IMG/VR virus record: IMGVR_UViG_3300020442_000006
Location: 64,001 to 128,000 of that record
Reading direction: 5' to 3' (one strand)
Origin: a virus
DNA: 64,000 nucleotides
Part shown: positions 1-8,633 of the stretch, in pieces
Layout: each line of letters opens with the position of its first letter
How positions within the stretch are numbered: position 1 is the stretch's first letter
Program-made: the position numbers and the translations under genes
Notes under the pieces: model-generated
The model's database searches: none
What the model saw: only the letters and a program-made list of their open reading frames with translations
Told to the model about the DNA's origin: nothing

Positions 1-211
1 TAGTAGATTTATACTCTACTGGATTGCCAGATTGATCAAATGCATCAGCACCTGAGTAATCATCAGCAACTTTATGCCCTAGTATGCCTGCAAGATGTAT
101 CTCTCTTGATCTAGCATAACTGAATGGGTCACCCCATCCGTGCTGATCGCATAGAGCATACATTTGCTCAAATAACTGTTGATACTGTTGTTCGGGTGTG
201 GTCACTTGCAT
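1..211 (-). CDS. Hypothetical protein with PD-(D/E)XK-like motif; runs off the left window edge
   Basis: Manual translation from ATG at 211: MQVTTPEQQYQQLFEQMYALCDQHGWGDPFSYARSREIHLAGILGHKVADDYSGADAFDQSGNPVEYKST; D-x(7)-E-Y-K motif; TATAAT at 234-239 upstream. Confidence 0.7.
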   Translation of the reverse strand, partial: MQVTTPEQQYQQLFEQMYALCDQHGWGDPFSYARSREIHLAGILGHKVADDYSGADAFDQSGNPVEYKST

Positions 212-233
212 TTCTTTGTTTGTCGATACCTCT

Positions 234-291
234 ATTATAAGGGGTGAATCGCCCTGTTGTGCATTTAGTTGTGCCACTTGTTGAACTGTCA
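234..291 (-). promoter_or_regulatory. Early-type promoter: -10 TATAAT (239-234), GC-rich imperfect inverted repeat, and GTGCCAC-N7-ACTGTCA motif (271-291)
   Basis: Read directly; the same architecture recurs at 1510-1570, 3333-3392 and 58774-58830. Confidence 0.6.
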
Positions 292-296
292 TAGTA

Positions 297-473
297 TCAC
301 TCGTAAATTAGTCCTTCATCGATTAGAAGTTTAACAGTCCGACCATAATGCCCTTGCAACCATTGATATGCCTTTGTGTCATATATTTGTTGGAAGAGGA
401 AAAAGAAATCGTCCTCTGAGATTGTACCGTTCTCATATGAGAGCAGCAGGTCAAGATCAGGTGTCATAATCAT
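297..473 (-). CDS. Small hypothetical protein (58 aa)
   Basis: Manual translation MIMTPDLDLLLSYENGTISEDDFFFLFQQIYDTKAYQWLQGHYGRTVKLLIDEGLIYE; fills the gap between 487..705 and the promoter at 291. Confidence 0.65.
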   Translation of the reverse strand: MIMTPDLDLLLSYENGTISEDDFFFLFQQIYDTKAYQWLQGHYGRTVKLLIDEGLIYE

Positions 474-486
474 TTTTTAATTTGAA

Positions 487-705
487 TCAGCAGCAAGCGG
501 GAAAATACTCTTGTGGTTCAGTCAGGAAATCAGTCACTTGATAACCAATATCAATGCGTGAGTTGATTGTCTCCTTCATTTCTTTTTTAGTCATCAGTCT
601 GATAGACATTGCATCACCCTTCAATTTGAGAGTGTAAACAAACTTGTCAGTCAGGATGTTGTGGGGACGGAACTCGCATTGCATTGAACCAGATGTGAGT
701 TGCAT
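487..705 (-). CDS. Hypothetical early protein (72 aa)
   Basis: ORF track; co-oriented and tightly packed. Confidence 0.6.
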   Translation of the reverse strand: MQLTSGSMQCEFRPHNILTDKFVYTLKLKGDAMSIRLMTKKEMKETINSRIDIGYQVTDFLTEPQEYFPACC

Positions 706-728
706 AGTTGTCTCCGTTTGCTTTACTC

Positions 729-1052
729 TTATATTATAGAGGACGGTGCGAGGTCTAGTGGGTCAGGTGTGACAGTTTGTGGACTGGCACTAAGTGTCAT
801 TTGTTTCCAGTCTTCGAACTCCGTACCATAGTTTGCTTCAACTAGTGGTTTAATTTGTTTGAATAATCCTATGATTGCATCCTTACCGAAATCATCGTGT
901 TCAATAGTATCGTGACCAGTACAAGATGAACCCCACGATGTTACATCGCTATCAATACGTGCAACTAGTCCACGTGTATAGTAATGCAATAATCCTAGTT
1001 CTCTACGTGATAGAGCGATTGTAAATTCTTTTTTGTTGTTAGTATGATTCAT
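729..1052 (-). CDS. Hypothetical early protein (107 aa)
   Basis: ORF track; GGAG upstream of the start. Confidence 0.65.
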   Translation of the reverse strand: MNHTNNKKEFTIALSRRELGLLHYYTRGLVARIDSDVTSWGSSCTGHDTIEHDDFGKDAIIGLFKQIKPLVEANYGTEFEDWKQMTLSASPQTVTPDPLDLAPSSII

Positions 1053-1212
1053 AAATCTCCTTCATTATGTTGACTGCATTGAATAGGTCGATGTGTGCAG
1101 CGTCAGGTTCATCGCCATTTTCTTTAAGTTCTGATTTATAAATGTCAGGTAGATCTCTGACTGCATCATAAATTTCTTCGAACTGTCCTGTAGTGAGTTT
1201 TAGAGTTATCAT
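1039..1212 (-). CDS. Small acidic hypothetical protein (57 aa)
   Basis: Manual translation MITLKLTTGQFEEIYDAVRDLPDIYKSELKENGDEPDAAHIDLFNAVNIMKEIYESY; ATGA overlap with the upstream ORF. Confidence 0.6.
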   Translation of the reverse strand: MITLKLTTGQFEEIYDAVRDLPDIYKSELKENGDEPDAAHIDLFNAVNIMKEIYESY

Positions 1213-1367
1213 ACTATTCTCGCATCAATAACTGTTACTGGGTCTAAGAAGAAACCATTGTCAACTGCGTTGACTACTACATTTTGTGTGAGTGGTTCAC
1301 CGTCAGGGCAATTAATCTCGTCCTCGGTGTCAACTTCAACTAGTAATGTGACTTGTACTCTTGTCAT
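1209..1367 (-). CDS. Small hypothetical protein (52 aa)
   Basis: Manual translation MTRVQVTLLVEVDTEDEINCPDGEPLTQNVVVNAVDNGFFLDPVTVIDARIV. Confidence 0.6.
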   Translation of the reverse strand: MTRVQVTLLVEVDTEDEINCPDGEPLTQNVVVNAVDNGFFLDPVTVIDARIV

Positions 1368-1522
1368 TGTTTTGAATTAGTGAATATCGAGAGCGAGGGT
1401 ATCCCTCAGCGTTTGGTAATGTGAGCAACGCTCTCGAAATGGTGTGTGGAAGAGATTCGAATTAAAGAGCATTTTCCTCTGGGGTCGCTCACTCTTGCCT
1501 TCCACATTTATAATATACCAAT

Positions 1523-1544
1523 AAAAAAGACCCCTGTGGGGTCT
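1523..1544 (-). terminator. Intrinsic terminator-like hairpin (AGACCCC-aca-GGGGTCT plus T-run), also part of an early promoter
   Basis: 7-bp stem followed by a T-run on minus, downstream of 1576..2004; TATTAT at 1515-1510. Confidence 0.6.
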
Positions 1545-1575
1545 CATTAGTACAGTTATTTAATTGGCACATTGT

Positions 1576-2004
1576 TTACCAGAATGTTCCCAAATGTGTT
1601 ACTTTATCGAAGAATGCTTCGCGATATGTATCATCGATGCTGTTAGCGTCTACGTTGTAAAGATCTCCCTTGAGTTTCTTACATTTACCTGTAGACCCTT
1701 CAATCCACATTAAAACTTTAGTGTGTCCACCTCGGTCGGGTGGTGCTGTTGCGGTGATCTTGATGTCATCGCCATCATCTTCCTTAGCGAATGACCACGT
1801 GACACTACTGTCACCTGCTACAACTTTGTCTCTCTTACTGAGAATGACATTCACGTGGGTATGGATTTGTCTCGCGAGTTCTGTTGTGGTTCCTACAGAC
1901 TCAGCAATTCTCTTGTCAATATTGGCGAGTCTATATGCCTTCGCCTTCTCTGACAATTTAGTGAGTAGCAAATCTGCATACCCATTAACTGCTGTCGTTG
2001 CCAT
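1576..2004 (-). CDS. Hypothetical protein (142 aa)
   Basis: ORF track; followed by a terminator. Confidence 0.7.
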   Translation of the reverse strand: MATTAVNGYADLLLTKLSEKAKAYRLANIDKRIAESVGTTTELARQIHTHVNVILSKRDKVVAGDSSVTWSFAKEDDGDDIKITATAPPDRGGHTKVLMWIEGSTGKCKKLKGDLYNVDANSIDDTYREAFFDKVTHLGTFW

Positions 2005-2041
2005 TGTTAATCTCTGAAATAACTGTACTTGATAGAGTTAT

Positions 2042-3307
2042 TTATGCAACTAGCGACTCGGGGTGAATACCGTGGACGAAAATTGAATCTACAACTCTTT
2101 GAAGACGCTGTGCAATGTGCTTACCATAGTTTGTATAGGTCGGTACTGTCACATAACCAGTTGGTTTGCGATACATATCAAGTTTGCCTGCTGTCAACTG
2201 ACCTGATCGAATTCTTGCAGCGTCCTCTTTATGTAGGCGAATAACACGACCAATAGTTTGTGCCATTTCGACTGTCTGAAGTTGACGCAACAAAATGGTA
2301 TGAGTCAGACCGTGGACGTTGATACCTTCGCTAAGGATAGAGTAATGGAAGATGATAAACTTGCGATCATCATCACGTCCGAACTCATCCATAGTTTTGA
2401 AAAACTGCTCACGGTTCACTTTCTTGTCATTGACAAATGCACCAAACTTAGATGTGACGTGGAGAACATCATATCCACGTGACTTGAGTTCAACAAGCAA
2501 TTTAGTCTTACTGAGCATATGTCCCAAGATCTTAGAACTAGGAACTGCAACCAATACTTTGGATGCATTCTTGTCATCAAGATTGTCAAGTACGTCAAGA
2601 ACTGTCTGGGTATCAGTATCCCAACTCATTTTCTTGACTCTCTCAATATCTTGCTCAAAAGGAACAATAGTTGGGGGGATGATAGAACCACTTGCGATCA
2701 ACTCGGGTGCAGGTACTTGTTCAATGATTTGTCCATATACCTGACTGTTGTTCATACCACGTTGGTGCCTACGTGCTACACGTGGTGTTGCTGTAAAGAA
2801 GTAGCAACGCTTAGCGATTGCACTAATATCTTCAGTAGAATCAAAGAAATTACGTGTTACGCTGTTGTGTGCTTCATCAAAGTATGCTACGTCAATTTCA
2901 AGTTGGTGCTTAGTTACTGCTTCAACAACTCTACGAAGAGAGTGATAAGTTGTGAAAATAACATTAGTAGCAACTGCACTCTTTGCCCTGTTGTCCTTGA
3001 TGAACTGAGCAAGTTTATCTGGTTTGGTACCAGAATCATAATTTGTCTCACCTGAGTGGACGTGATAGACGTGAACCCAGTCTGCTTTAAGGAACTGCAT
3101 AAACTCCTCGCACAACTGATTGGCAAGAAGAATACGAGGTGCAACCACCACAATGGTGCTGTTGCTGTTAGTATTGAGCGTTCTCAAAGCATCGTAGATC
3201 ATACACATCGTCTTACCACCACCAGTAGGGATAATAACCTGTCCCTTAGTGTTACGCTTCATTGCGTCAACTGCTCTCTGTTGGTGCTTGCGAAGATTTA
3301 CGCTCAA
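2042..3307 (-). CDS. Superfamily II DEAH helicase (type III restriction Res-subunit-like); probable TTG start at 3307 (track start 3337)
   Basis: Walker A PTGGGKT, DEAH motif II, TAT motif III, QTIGRVIR motif VI; the track ATG at 3337 overlaps the -10 TATGAT. Confidence 0.85.
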   Translation of the reverse strand: MSVNLRKHQQRAVDAMKRNTKGQVIIPTGGGKTMCMIYDALRTLNTNSNSTIVVVAPRILLANQLCEEFMQFLKADWVHVYHVHSGETNYDSGTKPDKLAQFIKDNRAKSAVATNVIFTTYHSLRRVVEAVTKHQLEIDVAYFDEAHNSVTRNFFDSTEDISAIAKRCYFFTATPRVARRHQRGMNNSQVYGQIIEQVPAPELIASGSIIPPTIVPFEQDIERVKKMSWDTDTQTVLDVLDNLDDKNASKVLVAVPSSKILGHMLSKTKLLVELKSRGYDVLHVTSKFGAFVNDKKVNREQFFKTMDEFGRDDDRKFIIFHYSILSEGINVHGLTHTILLRQLQTVEMAQTIGRVIRLHKEDAARIRSGQLTAGKLDMYRKPTGYVTVPTYTNYGKHIAQRLQRVVDSIFVHGIHPESLVA

Positions 3308-3332
3308 ATGTCTGTCCGTGATTGATAGACAT

Positions 3333-3392
3333 ATCATAGCACATAAAAAACCACCCGAGGGGGTGTCGGGTGGTCACTTCTTGAACTGTCAC
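3333..3392 (-). promoter_or_regulatory. Early-type promoter/terminator composite: -10 TATGAT, T-run, 9-bp hairpin ACCACCCGA/TCGGGTGGT (3350-3374) and GGTCAC-N7-ACTGTCAC motif
   Basis: Perfect 9-bp inverted repeat plus A6 tract; motif matches 271-291. Confidence 0.65.
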
Positions 3393-3393
3393 T

Positions 3394-3552
3394 CTACCAT
3401 ATATCTTTACAGATTCGTTTGCACTCGTGTGGGTGCTGTTCGATAGAGCATTCAATTAAACAGTCGAAATAGTCATTGATTAAGTCCATTTCCTCGTTAG
3501 AGTGTGATTCAGACCATTCTGCTAACTGCTCCTTTGCTATAAGATTGTGCAT
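3394..3552 (-). CDS. Small Cys-containing protein (52 aa, C-x3-C...C-x3-C)
   Basis: Manual translation MHNLIAKEQLAEWSESHSNEEMDLINDYFDCLIECSIEQHPHECKRICKDIW; late-promoter core CTAAATA at 3629-3623. Confidence 0.7.
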   Translation of the reverse strand: MHNLIAKEQLAEWSESHSNEEMDLINDYFDCLIECSIEQHPHECKRICKDIW

Positions 3553-3696
3553 CTGCCTTACCTGTAACTGAAATCATAATGTAGGAAGATTAGGGTGCAT
3601 CGCTCTCCTCTAATTCTAGTATTATTTAGAAATGTTTGTAAATCATAACGTAGTTTTGTAAAAATAAAACACAACTAAACAATAATTCACACATCT

Positions 3697-4002
3697 TTAC
3701 CTGTTTCTGTCTGGTTGGTTCCAGTAGACTGAATGCTCGTATGTGTCTGTTGATGATGTGAAGTTAGGGGTATCGTCTCCGAAACTGATAACTCCGTCTC
3801 CGAGGGAATCGAGATCTCTCCTAATATGTCCACCATTGTTCTCTTGAATGAATCGCAAGTCAGCGGATTCTCGCAGGGTTTGTTGTCGTTCAAGTTCACA
3901 AATAACGGTGTTCAAATGTGATTGCAAATAAGATGTGTAATCAAGGTGCGTCACTTTCTGGTTCAACAGTCTCGCTAGACTGATCAACAGTTCCAAGTCC
4001 GT
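3697..4002 (-). CDS. Hypothetical protein; start uncertain (ACG at 4002, TTG at 3996, or track start 4077)
   Basis: ORF track frame; first about 25 track codons lie inside the 3941..4168 ORF. Confidence 0.5.
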   Translation of the reverse strand, partial: TDLELLISLARLLNQKVTHLDYTSYLQSHLNTVICELERQQTLRESADLRFIQENNGGHIRRDLDSLGDGVISFGDDTPNFTSSTDTYEHSVYWNQPDRNR

Positions 4003-4168
4003 GTTTGATTGCTGTGTTGACAAAATCCTGTACCTCAGTTTGTGATAGTTTTGATAAAAAATTCCATTGTGGGTCATTATTGTCCCAGTCGAGAGTTACC
4101 TGACCCTCGTCATTAATTTGGATGTTAAGAGAATCCCCTGCCTTTCCCTCCTTTTTTTCGTTTGGCAT
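3941..4168 (-). CDS. Hypothetical protein with DWDxNDPxW motif
   Basis: ORF track (3941..4180); probable ATG at 4168. Confidence 0.65.
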   Translation of the reverse strand: MPNEKKEGKAGDSLNIQINDEGQVTLDWDNNDPQWNFLSKLSQTEVQDFVNTAIKHGLGTVDQSSETVEPESDAP

Positions 4169-4328
4169 CAATAACCTCAATGTGTGATATATGTTGATGG
4201 AAGTTCCACCAAGCGGTTTGCACTTCCTCGTAAGACTCCACTATTTTAACTGAGTTGTCTTTGCACCATATTTTATACCAATGTCTGTCATATGGCAAGT
4301 CAGACGTATTTTTGAAGAAATCAGGCAA
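4125..4328 (-). CDS. Hypothetical protein (DLPYDRHWYK motif); probable TTG start at 4328
   Basis: C-terminal part of track ORF 4125..4436; start overlaps the stop of 4321..4530. Confidence 0.6.
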   Translation of the reverse strand: MPDFFKNTSDLPYDRHWYKIWCKDNSVKIVESYEEVQTAWWNFHQHISHIEVIDAKRKKGGKGRGFS

Positions 4329-4530
4329 TGCGTTCATAAGACCAATGGGGATCATCATCACCGTCAGACCAGATCCAGAATTCTGGATTGTGTTGCGATG
4401 ACATAAACATACGACCGTCCGCCCTCTTATCCTCAATGTTACAGATAGGGTTGCTGTTCATATGTTCAACAAATTGTTTTTTAGTTCGGTCTGATTTAGG
4501 TGTGACCTTCACCAATTTCCTCAAGGGCAT
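4321..4530 (-). CDS. Hypothetical protein (69 aa)
   Basis: ORF track; GAGGA SD-like site upstream. Confidence 0.65.
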   Translation of the reverse strand: MPLRKLVKVTPKSDRTKKQFVEHMNSNPICNIEDKRADGRMFMSSQHNPEFWIWSDGDDDPHWSYERIA

Positions 4531-4738
4531 TTTCTAATTTTTGATAGAGATCATTATATTTGATACCGAGAAGTGATTCCCAGTTTTGTTGTGACCTATC
4601 GTCAAGCATTTGCATTGCTGACATACATCCCAACAGTTCTTTAGGTGTGAGTGACGTGATTTGCATTTGATTGATGTGTGTTCTTGTCCATCTTAACAGA
4701 CTTTCGTATCTTTGTTTGTAAATCTGTTCGCTGTTCAT
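4496..4738 (-). CDS. Hypothetical protein (80 aa)
   Basis: ORF track. Confidence 0.6.
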   Translation of the reverse strand: MNSEQIYKQRYESLLRWTRTHINQMQITSLTPKELLGCMSAMQMLDDRSQQNWESLLGIKYNDLYQKLENALEEIGEGHT

Positions 4739-4780
4739 AATATTTTAGAATTTCATAATATAATTCTAAATCATAATGTT

Positions 4781-5110
4781 TCATCTATCCTCCACATCGG
4801 GTAACATCTCATTTCCTGGGTGGTCATTGGTTTTTCCCTTGTAATTCTTTTTATTTTTGAAGTGTTCATCATCAATTTCAAGGTCATCCCATTGATGTTG
4901 ATAGATGCACAAACAACACTTATTAAACGGTTGTCTAGACCCTTCTGGATTGGGTTTAGTGCCAACACATAGTGTAATGTATTCTTCAGACACGAATTCA
5001 ATCGTGCCTTCGAACTGTTCAAATCTTGCAGGCATTCCTACCTCAAGTGATTTTAGTATGTTCCGTAGTTCCAAGGGAATAGACTCCGAGATAAAAAGAG
5101 GTGTGGTCAT
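4781..5110 (-). CDS. Hypothetical protein (109 aa)
   Basis: ORF track; ATGA coupling with 5107..5295. Confidence 0.7.
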   Translation of the reverse strand: MTTPLFISESIPLELRNILKSLEVGMPARFEQFEGTIEFVSEEYITLCVGTKPNPEGSRQPFNKCCLCIYQHQWDDLEIDDEHFKNKKNYKGKTNDHPGNEMLPDVEDR

Positions 5111-5295
5111 TCTGAGACGTGTTTCAAGTGTAGTAGATCGGCAAGTGCGTCCACTTCAGCAAGTGCGTCAGTCAGCATTTCTTTGCTGATCTGTCCTCGG
5201 TGATGTCTTCGATGTGAAGACGAAATGTACAACAGTAGTGCTTTGCGTAGGACTCCTTGTTGTTTGTCGTTAAGCATTCTGGATTTTAGGAACAT
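5107..5295 (-). CDS. Hypothetical protein (62 aa)
   Basis: ORF track; GGGGGAG upstream. Confidence 0.65.
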   Translation of the reverse strand: MFLKSRMLNDKQQGVLRKALLLYISSSHRRHHRGQISKEMLTDALAEVDALADLLHLKHVSE

Positions 5296-5322
5296 CGCTC
5301 CCCCAAGCGAAGATAATACTAT

Positions 5323-5997
5323 TTACAATAATGGGATGAGTGAGAATTGATCATCGGGTAGATCGGACTGGGTATGAATATCAAACCCAAGTGTAATACG
5401 AGGTGTTTCAAATTCCTCGTGAACCACCACCCTGTGTTGCCTGTCCCACCCAGGCCCAAAGTAGATATTGCCCACTTCATTCTTTATAGAATAGAGTGGT
5501 TCGCCATCTTGTCTGAACTCGGTCGTTGTGTTGTGCGGTTCAATACTAATATAACCGTGATAATCAAATTTGTGGTCGTGCCAGTTTAAGACATTGTTAG
5601 GATTATGGTAGTTCATCCAACATTGAAACCATAGTGGTTCGTCAGTCTCAAGCGTGGTGCGTACCACAGTTTGAAGATCGCGGTTCAATAACCAGAATAG
5701 CGGACTTGGGGATGTAAGTGCAAATATGTTATAGAATCGATACCCAGAATACTGATTTTTACCCCAATTCTTAATAAAATCCTCATCTTCCTTGCGTTTC
5801 TCTTCATAATTGAATAGACTAGGAAGATTGCCTAGTGTTAACCCCTGATCAGTCAGGGATGAATCGAAACCAGTAAATGTATTTTTGAACAGTCGATATG
5901 CCCTGCCCAGTTGTGTTATCATTTCTTCTTTCTCGTGGATGATACAAGGAGATCTCCATAGAGACCAGTCATCACCCTTCTCAAGTAAAGTTGCCAT
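5323..5997 (-). CDS. 2OG-Fe(II) oxygenase-fold protein (HxH type)
   Basis: WHDH...YHGYI...QHRV...RITLGFD pattern; probable ATG at 5997 (track start 6042). Confidence 0.7.
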   Translation of the reverse strand: MATLLEKGDDWSLWRSPCIIHEKEEMITQLGRAYRLFKNTFTGFDSSLTDQGLTLGNLPSLFNYEEKRKEDEDFIKNWGKNQYSGYRFYNIFALTSPSPLFWLLNRDLQTVVRTTLETDEPLWFQCWMNYHNPNNVLNWHDHKFDYHGYISIEPHNTTTEFRQDGEPLYSIKNEVGNIYFGPGWDRQHRVVVHEEFETPRITLGFDIHTQSDLPDDQFSLIPLL

Positions 5998-6670
5998 AGT
6001 TAGGGTTGTAAGAAGTTCTTGGGTCTGTGGGTGTTTTCTCACTCACATTTATATTTACCACTAAACGTGGTTCGTTTGTTGGATAGGATGAACTGTGAAA
6101 CAGATCTCCCTTGAAAGCAACCGCTCTGCCCTTCTTAGGGGTTACACGTTGCTTTTCTGTCCAAGTATCCTTAGATACCATTGCAGGGTACTCAAAGGCA
6201 TCCTGAGTTCTCTCATTATAGATGATTGTATCTCCATCCGTGTCATTCAGATAGTAGATCACGTTCCAAGAATTAGGGACGTAACTATCAATGTGTGGCA
6301 TTTGTACCTGATTAGAACCCATAGCAGGTACTGCATTTATTCTCATTCGTAGCAGGCATTCAGCACTCAATGCTTCACGGAACTGTAAAGCGAGTGGCAT
6401 AAAACCATTTGTAAGTGTTGAGCAATGTGATTTGTCACCATACTCAATTTCATACAAATAATGTAGGTTAGCGAACCCATTGCGGGGGTCATCAATAAAA
6501 TCAGGAATATCCGTGATTGCTTTATCTTTACGATACCAAGCAAGATCTGGATTGTTTGCACATAATAGTAACCAGTCCTGATATACTGGTGGGATAATGT
6601 TCTCAAAGACGATCACATCATCCAGTTTCTTATATGCTGTATCAAATGGATTGCTGACTGTTAGTTTCAT
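5981..6670 (-). CDS. 2OG-Fe(II) oxygenase
   Basis: PHID, IYYLNDTDGDT, FHSSS and RLVVNIN motifs. Confidence 0.85.
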   Translation of the reverse strand: MKLTVSNPFDTAYKKLDDVIVFENIIPPVYQDWLLLCANNPDLAWYRKDKAITDIPDFIDDPRNGFANLHYLYEIEYGDKSHCSTLTNGFMPLALQFREALSAECLLRMRINAVPAMGSNQVQMPHIDSYVPNSWNVIYYLNDTDGDTIIYNERTQDAFEYPAMVSKDTWTEKQRVTPKKGRAVAFKGDLFHSSSYPTNEPRLVVNINVSEKTPTDPRTSYNPNYGNFT

Positions 6671-7314
6671 TACGGTGCTACGTTAAATGTCAGGGTGATA
6701 CGATTGTGTTCACCATTTGTCTCATATCCGTGAGTCATATTGCTCGGGAAGATAACAATATCTCCCTCTGCTGTTGGTACGGTAGCGTCCAACAAATTAA
6801 ATGGTGTCATCCCAGTCTGTTTACATTGCATAATTGGATAGAATGTAGACTGTGTAGTTCTCTTGAACCTGAGTGGTGCGTGCTTCATCGGGTCGTAGTT
6901 AATGAAATAACAACCTGAGTACAAACAATTAGAGAACTCGTGTGGTGCATAGATTGAATTCTGTGATGCTACTTCAATGTGTGAGTCAATCAACTCCATA
7001 GTTGAGAGATCATATTGCATTGATGCTTCATTGATCTGTCTAACAGCGTCCAGAATCGTCTCCTTCACCGTTGCAAGCAAAGGATGATCCAACACATTAT
7101 TCTCTCCTATTTGCGTCACACCGTGGCATATAGACGTGTTAGGTGATTGATGTAGATCATCTTGTGAGCATTGATTGATGAAGTTAGTGATCGCGTTCTT
7201 GTCCCGTTCGTGATTCTCATTTGTGTAGTTTCCCACGGGGTTCATAAACAAACCGTACACGTTGGTTTGTTGGATGCTCTCGAAATCGTCAGATAATTCT
7301 TTAGGGGAATGCAT
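6670..7314 (-). CDS. 2OG-Fe(II) oxygenase-fold protein (TIGR02466-like); second Fe ligand apparently replaced
   Basis: PHEFSNCLYSGCYFI, IFPSNMTHG and RITLTFN motifs. Confidence 0.75.
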   Translation of the reverse strand: MHSPKELSDDFESIQQTNVYGLFMNPVGNYTNENHERDKNAITNFINQCSQDDLHQSPNTSICHGVTQIGENNVLDHPLLATVKETILDAVRQINEASMQYDLSTMELIDSHIEVASQNSIYAPHEFSNCLYSGCYFINYDPMKHAPLRFKRTTQSTFYPIMQCKQTGMTPFNLLDATVPTAEGDIVIFPSNMTHGYETNGEHNRITLTFNVAP

Positions 7315-7967
7315 TATGTGTAATAGGGTGAAGTGTTAATCATTGACTGTTCATTCTGAATCCTTTGACTCGCTGTTTCCCAAGGTGCTGCTAACATCGG
7401 ACGACCGTCCCATTTATTGTCAGCGTACCTACCATCTTGATCGACATAGGATACAAATGCCTGTATCTGTAGATCTCCCTGATACTTTGGTCTCCAATGG
7501 AAATCTTTATGTCCACGGAAGATAATCATATCACCTTGATTCATCAATAAGTCATACGATTTACCATCAATTTCTATATAAAAGGGCCAATTAGTCTCAT
7601 CCCTTGTTATACATATATTTCCGACCCATTCGCCACTTGTTCTGTCTCTGTGTCGTACCAGATTAGTGCCTTTGGTATATACTCTAGCATAACTAAATGT
7701 CTGCCATAATTTACAACCAACAGCGTCTTCAATCTGTTTTTTAATTACCTGTCCCATCGCTTCAAAACATACTGGAGAGTACATTGCGAATGCCCCTGGC
7801 ATAATGGGATCGCTTGTGGGACCTGAAGTTGTCGCTTCAATTATGTTTTTAATCATAATGAATTCGTGCTTCAAATGTTCACAAGTTTCTTGTGATAATG
7901 CATTACGAATTCGCCAAAGTTTACCCTTTGCGAACTCTTCAATTTTCTCATCAATAACCACTTCCAT
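7314..7967 (-). CDS. 2OG-Fe(II) oxygenase
   Basis: SYARVY...RHRDR (HxD), GDMIIFRG...HWR. Confidence 0.8.
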   Translation of the reverse strand: MEVVIDEKIEEFAKGKLWRIRNALSQETCEHLKHEFIMIKNIIEATTSGPTSDPIMPGAFAMYSPVCFEAMGQVIKKQIEDAVGCKLWQTFSYARVYTKGTNLVRHRDRTSGEWVGNICITRDETNWPFYIEIDGKSYDLLMNQGDMIIFRGHKDFHWRPKYQGDLQIQAFVSYVDQDGRYADNKWDGRPMLAAPWETASQRIQNEQSMINTSPYYT

Positions 7968-7973
7968 AACCCA

Positions 7974-8633
7974 TTAATTGTTTACTAGATCGTGAGTAAT
8001 TCCGTGAAAGAATCCCACAATAGTTAGGCGTGAATCGTTGACATCATTTCCGAAGAAATCCATACCACCGTGAAACTTCCTACCATCAAAGATTAAGCAA
8101 CGATTATATCTACTTTCAATACTAATTGAAGTTTGATACATCGAATTACACTCCTCTTTATACTTTTCATATGCTGCTGCCGATTCCTCATCATCCTGAG
8201 CAAGTAATTGTTTCTTGAATTCTTCTTCGAAACCTTGCCCATTAAAATGTGGTGGCACATCGTAGATAGTTGTACCACGATTAGGTACAACACCCTCATT
8301 CAAATAGATAACCATACCTACACCTAAGTGTGGTGGGTCAGAATGAATCCATCCACGTTTGTTGTTACCATCGCATACGTGAAATGCAATATCTGCAATA
8401 TCAAATCCGATGAAAGATGGTAGATACGATACTACTTTACGACATATGATTTCGTGCAAGATAGGGTCAACTGAATCAAGGAGAGTTGATCTCTTCCCAG
8501 GCCAATTACCCTTATTGGGGTGATCATAACACCTCATATATTCTTGCTGTTTCGCTAAGTTAACGACCAACGATGGTGTCTCGAAAAAATTATCGATTAC
8601 GATGGTTGGTACATACTCCTCAACAAATCTCAT
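7974..8633 (-). CDS. 2OG-Fe(II) oxygenase (DUF6445-like)
   Basis: IDNFF, GWIHSD (HxD), IYLN, YNRCLIFDGRKFHG, RLT. Confidence 0.8.
   Translation of the reverse strand: MRFVEEYVPTIVIDNFFETPSLVVNLAKQQEYMRCYDHPNKGNWPGKRSTLLDSVDPILHEIICRKVVSYLPSFIGFDIADIAFHVCDGNNKRGWIHSDPPHLGVGMVIYLNEGVVPNRGTTIYDVPPHFNGQGFEEEFKKQLLAQDDEESAAAYEKYKEECNSMYQTSISIESRYNRCLIFDGRKFHGGMDFFGNDVNDSRLTIVGFFHGITHDLVNN

Noticed and set aside
2042-3337. Type III restriction-modification system
   Set aside because: Helicase motifs only; no methyltransferase or clear nuclease domain nearby
3630-3690. NtcA box in the AT-rich gap
   Set aside because: No GTA-N8-TAC match found on inspection
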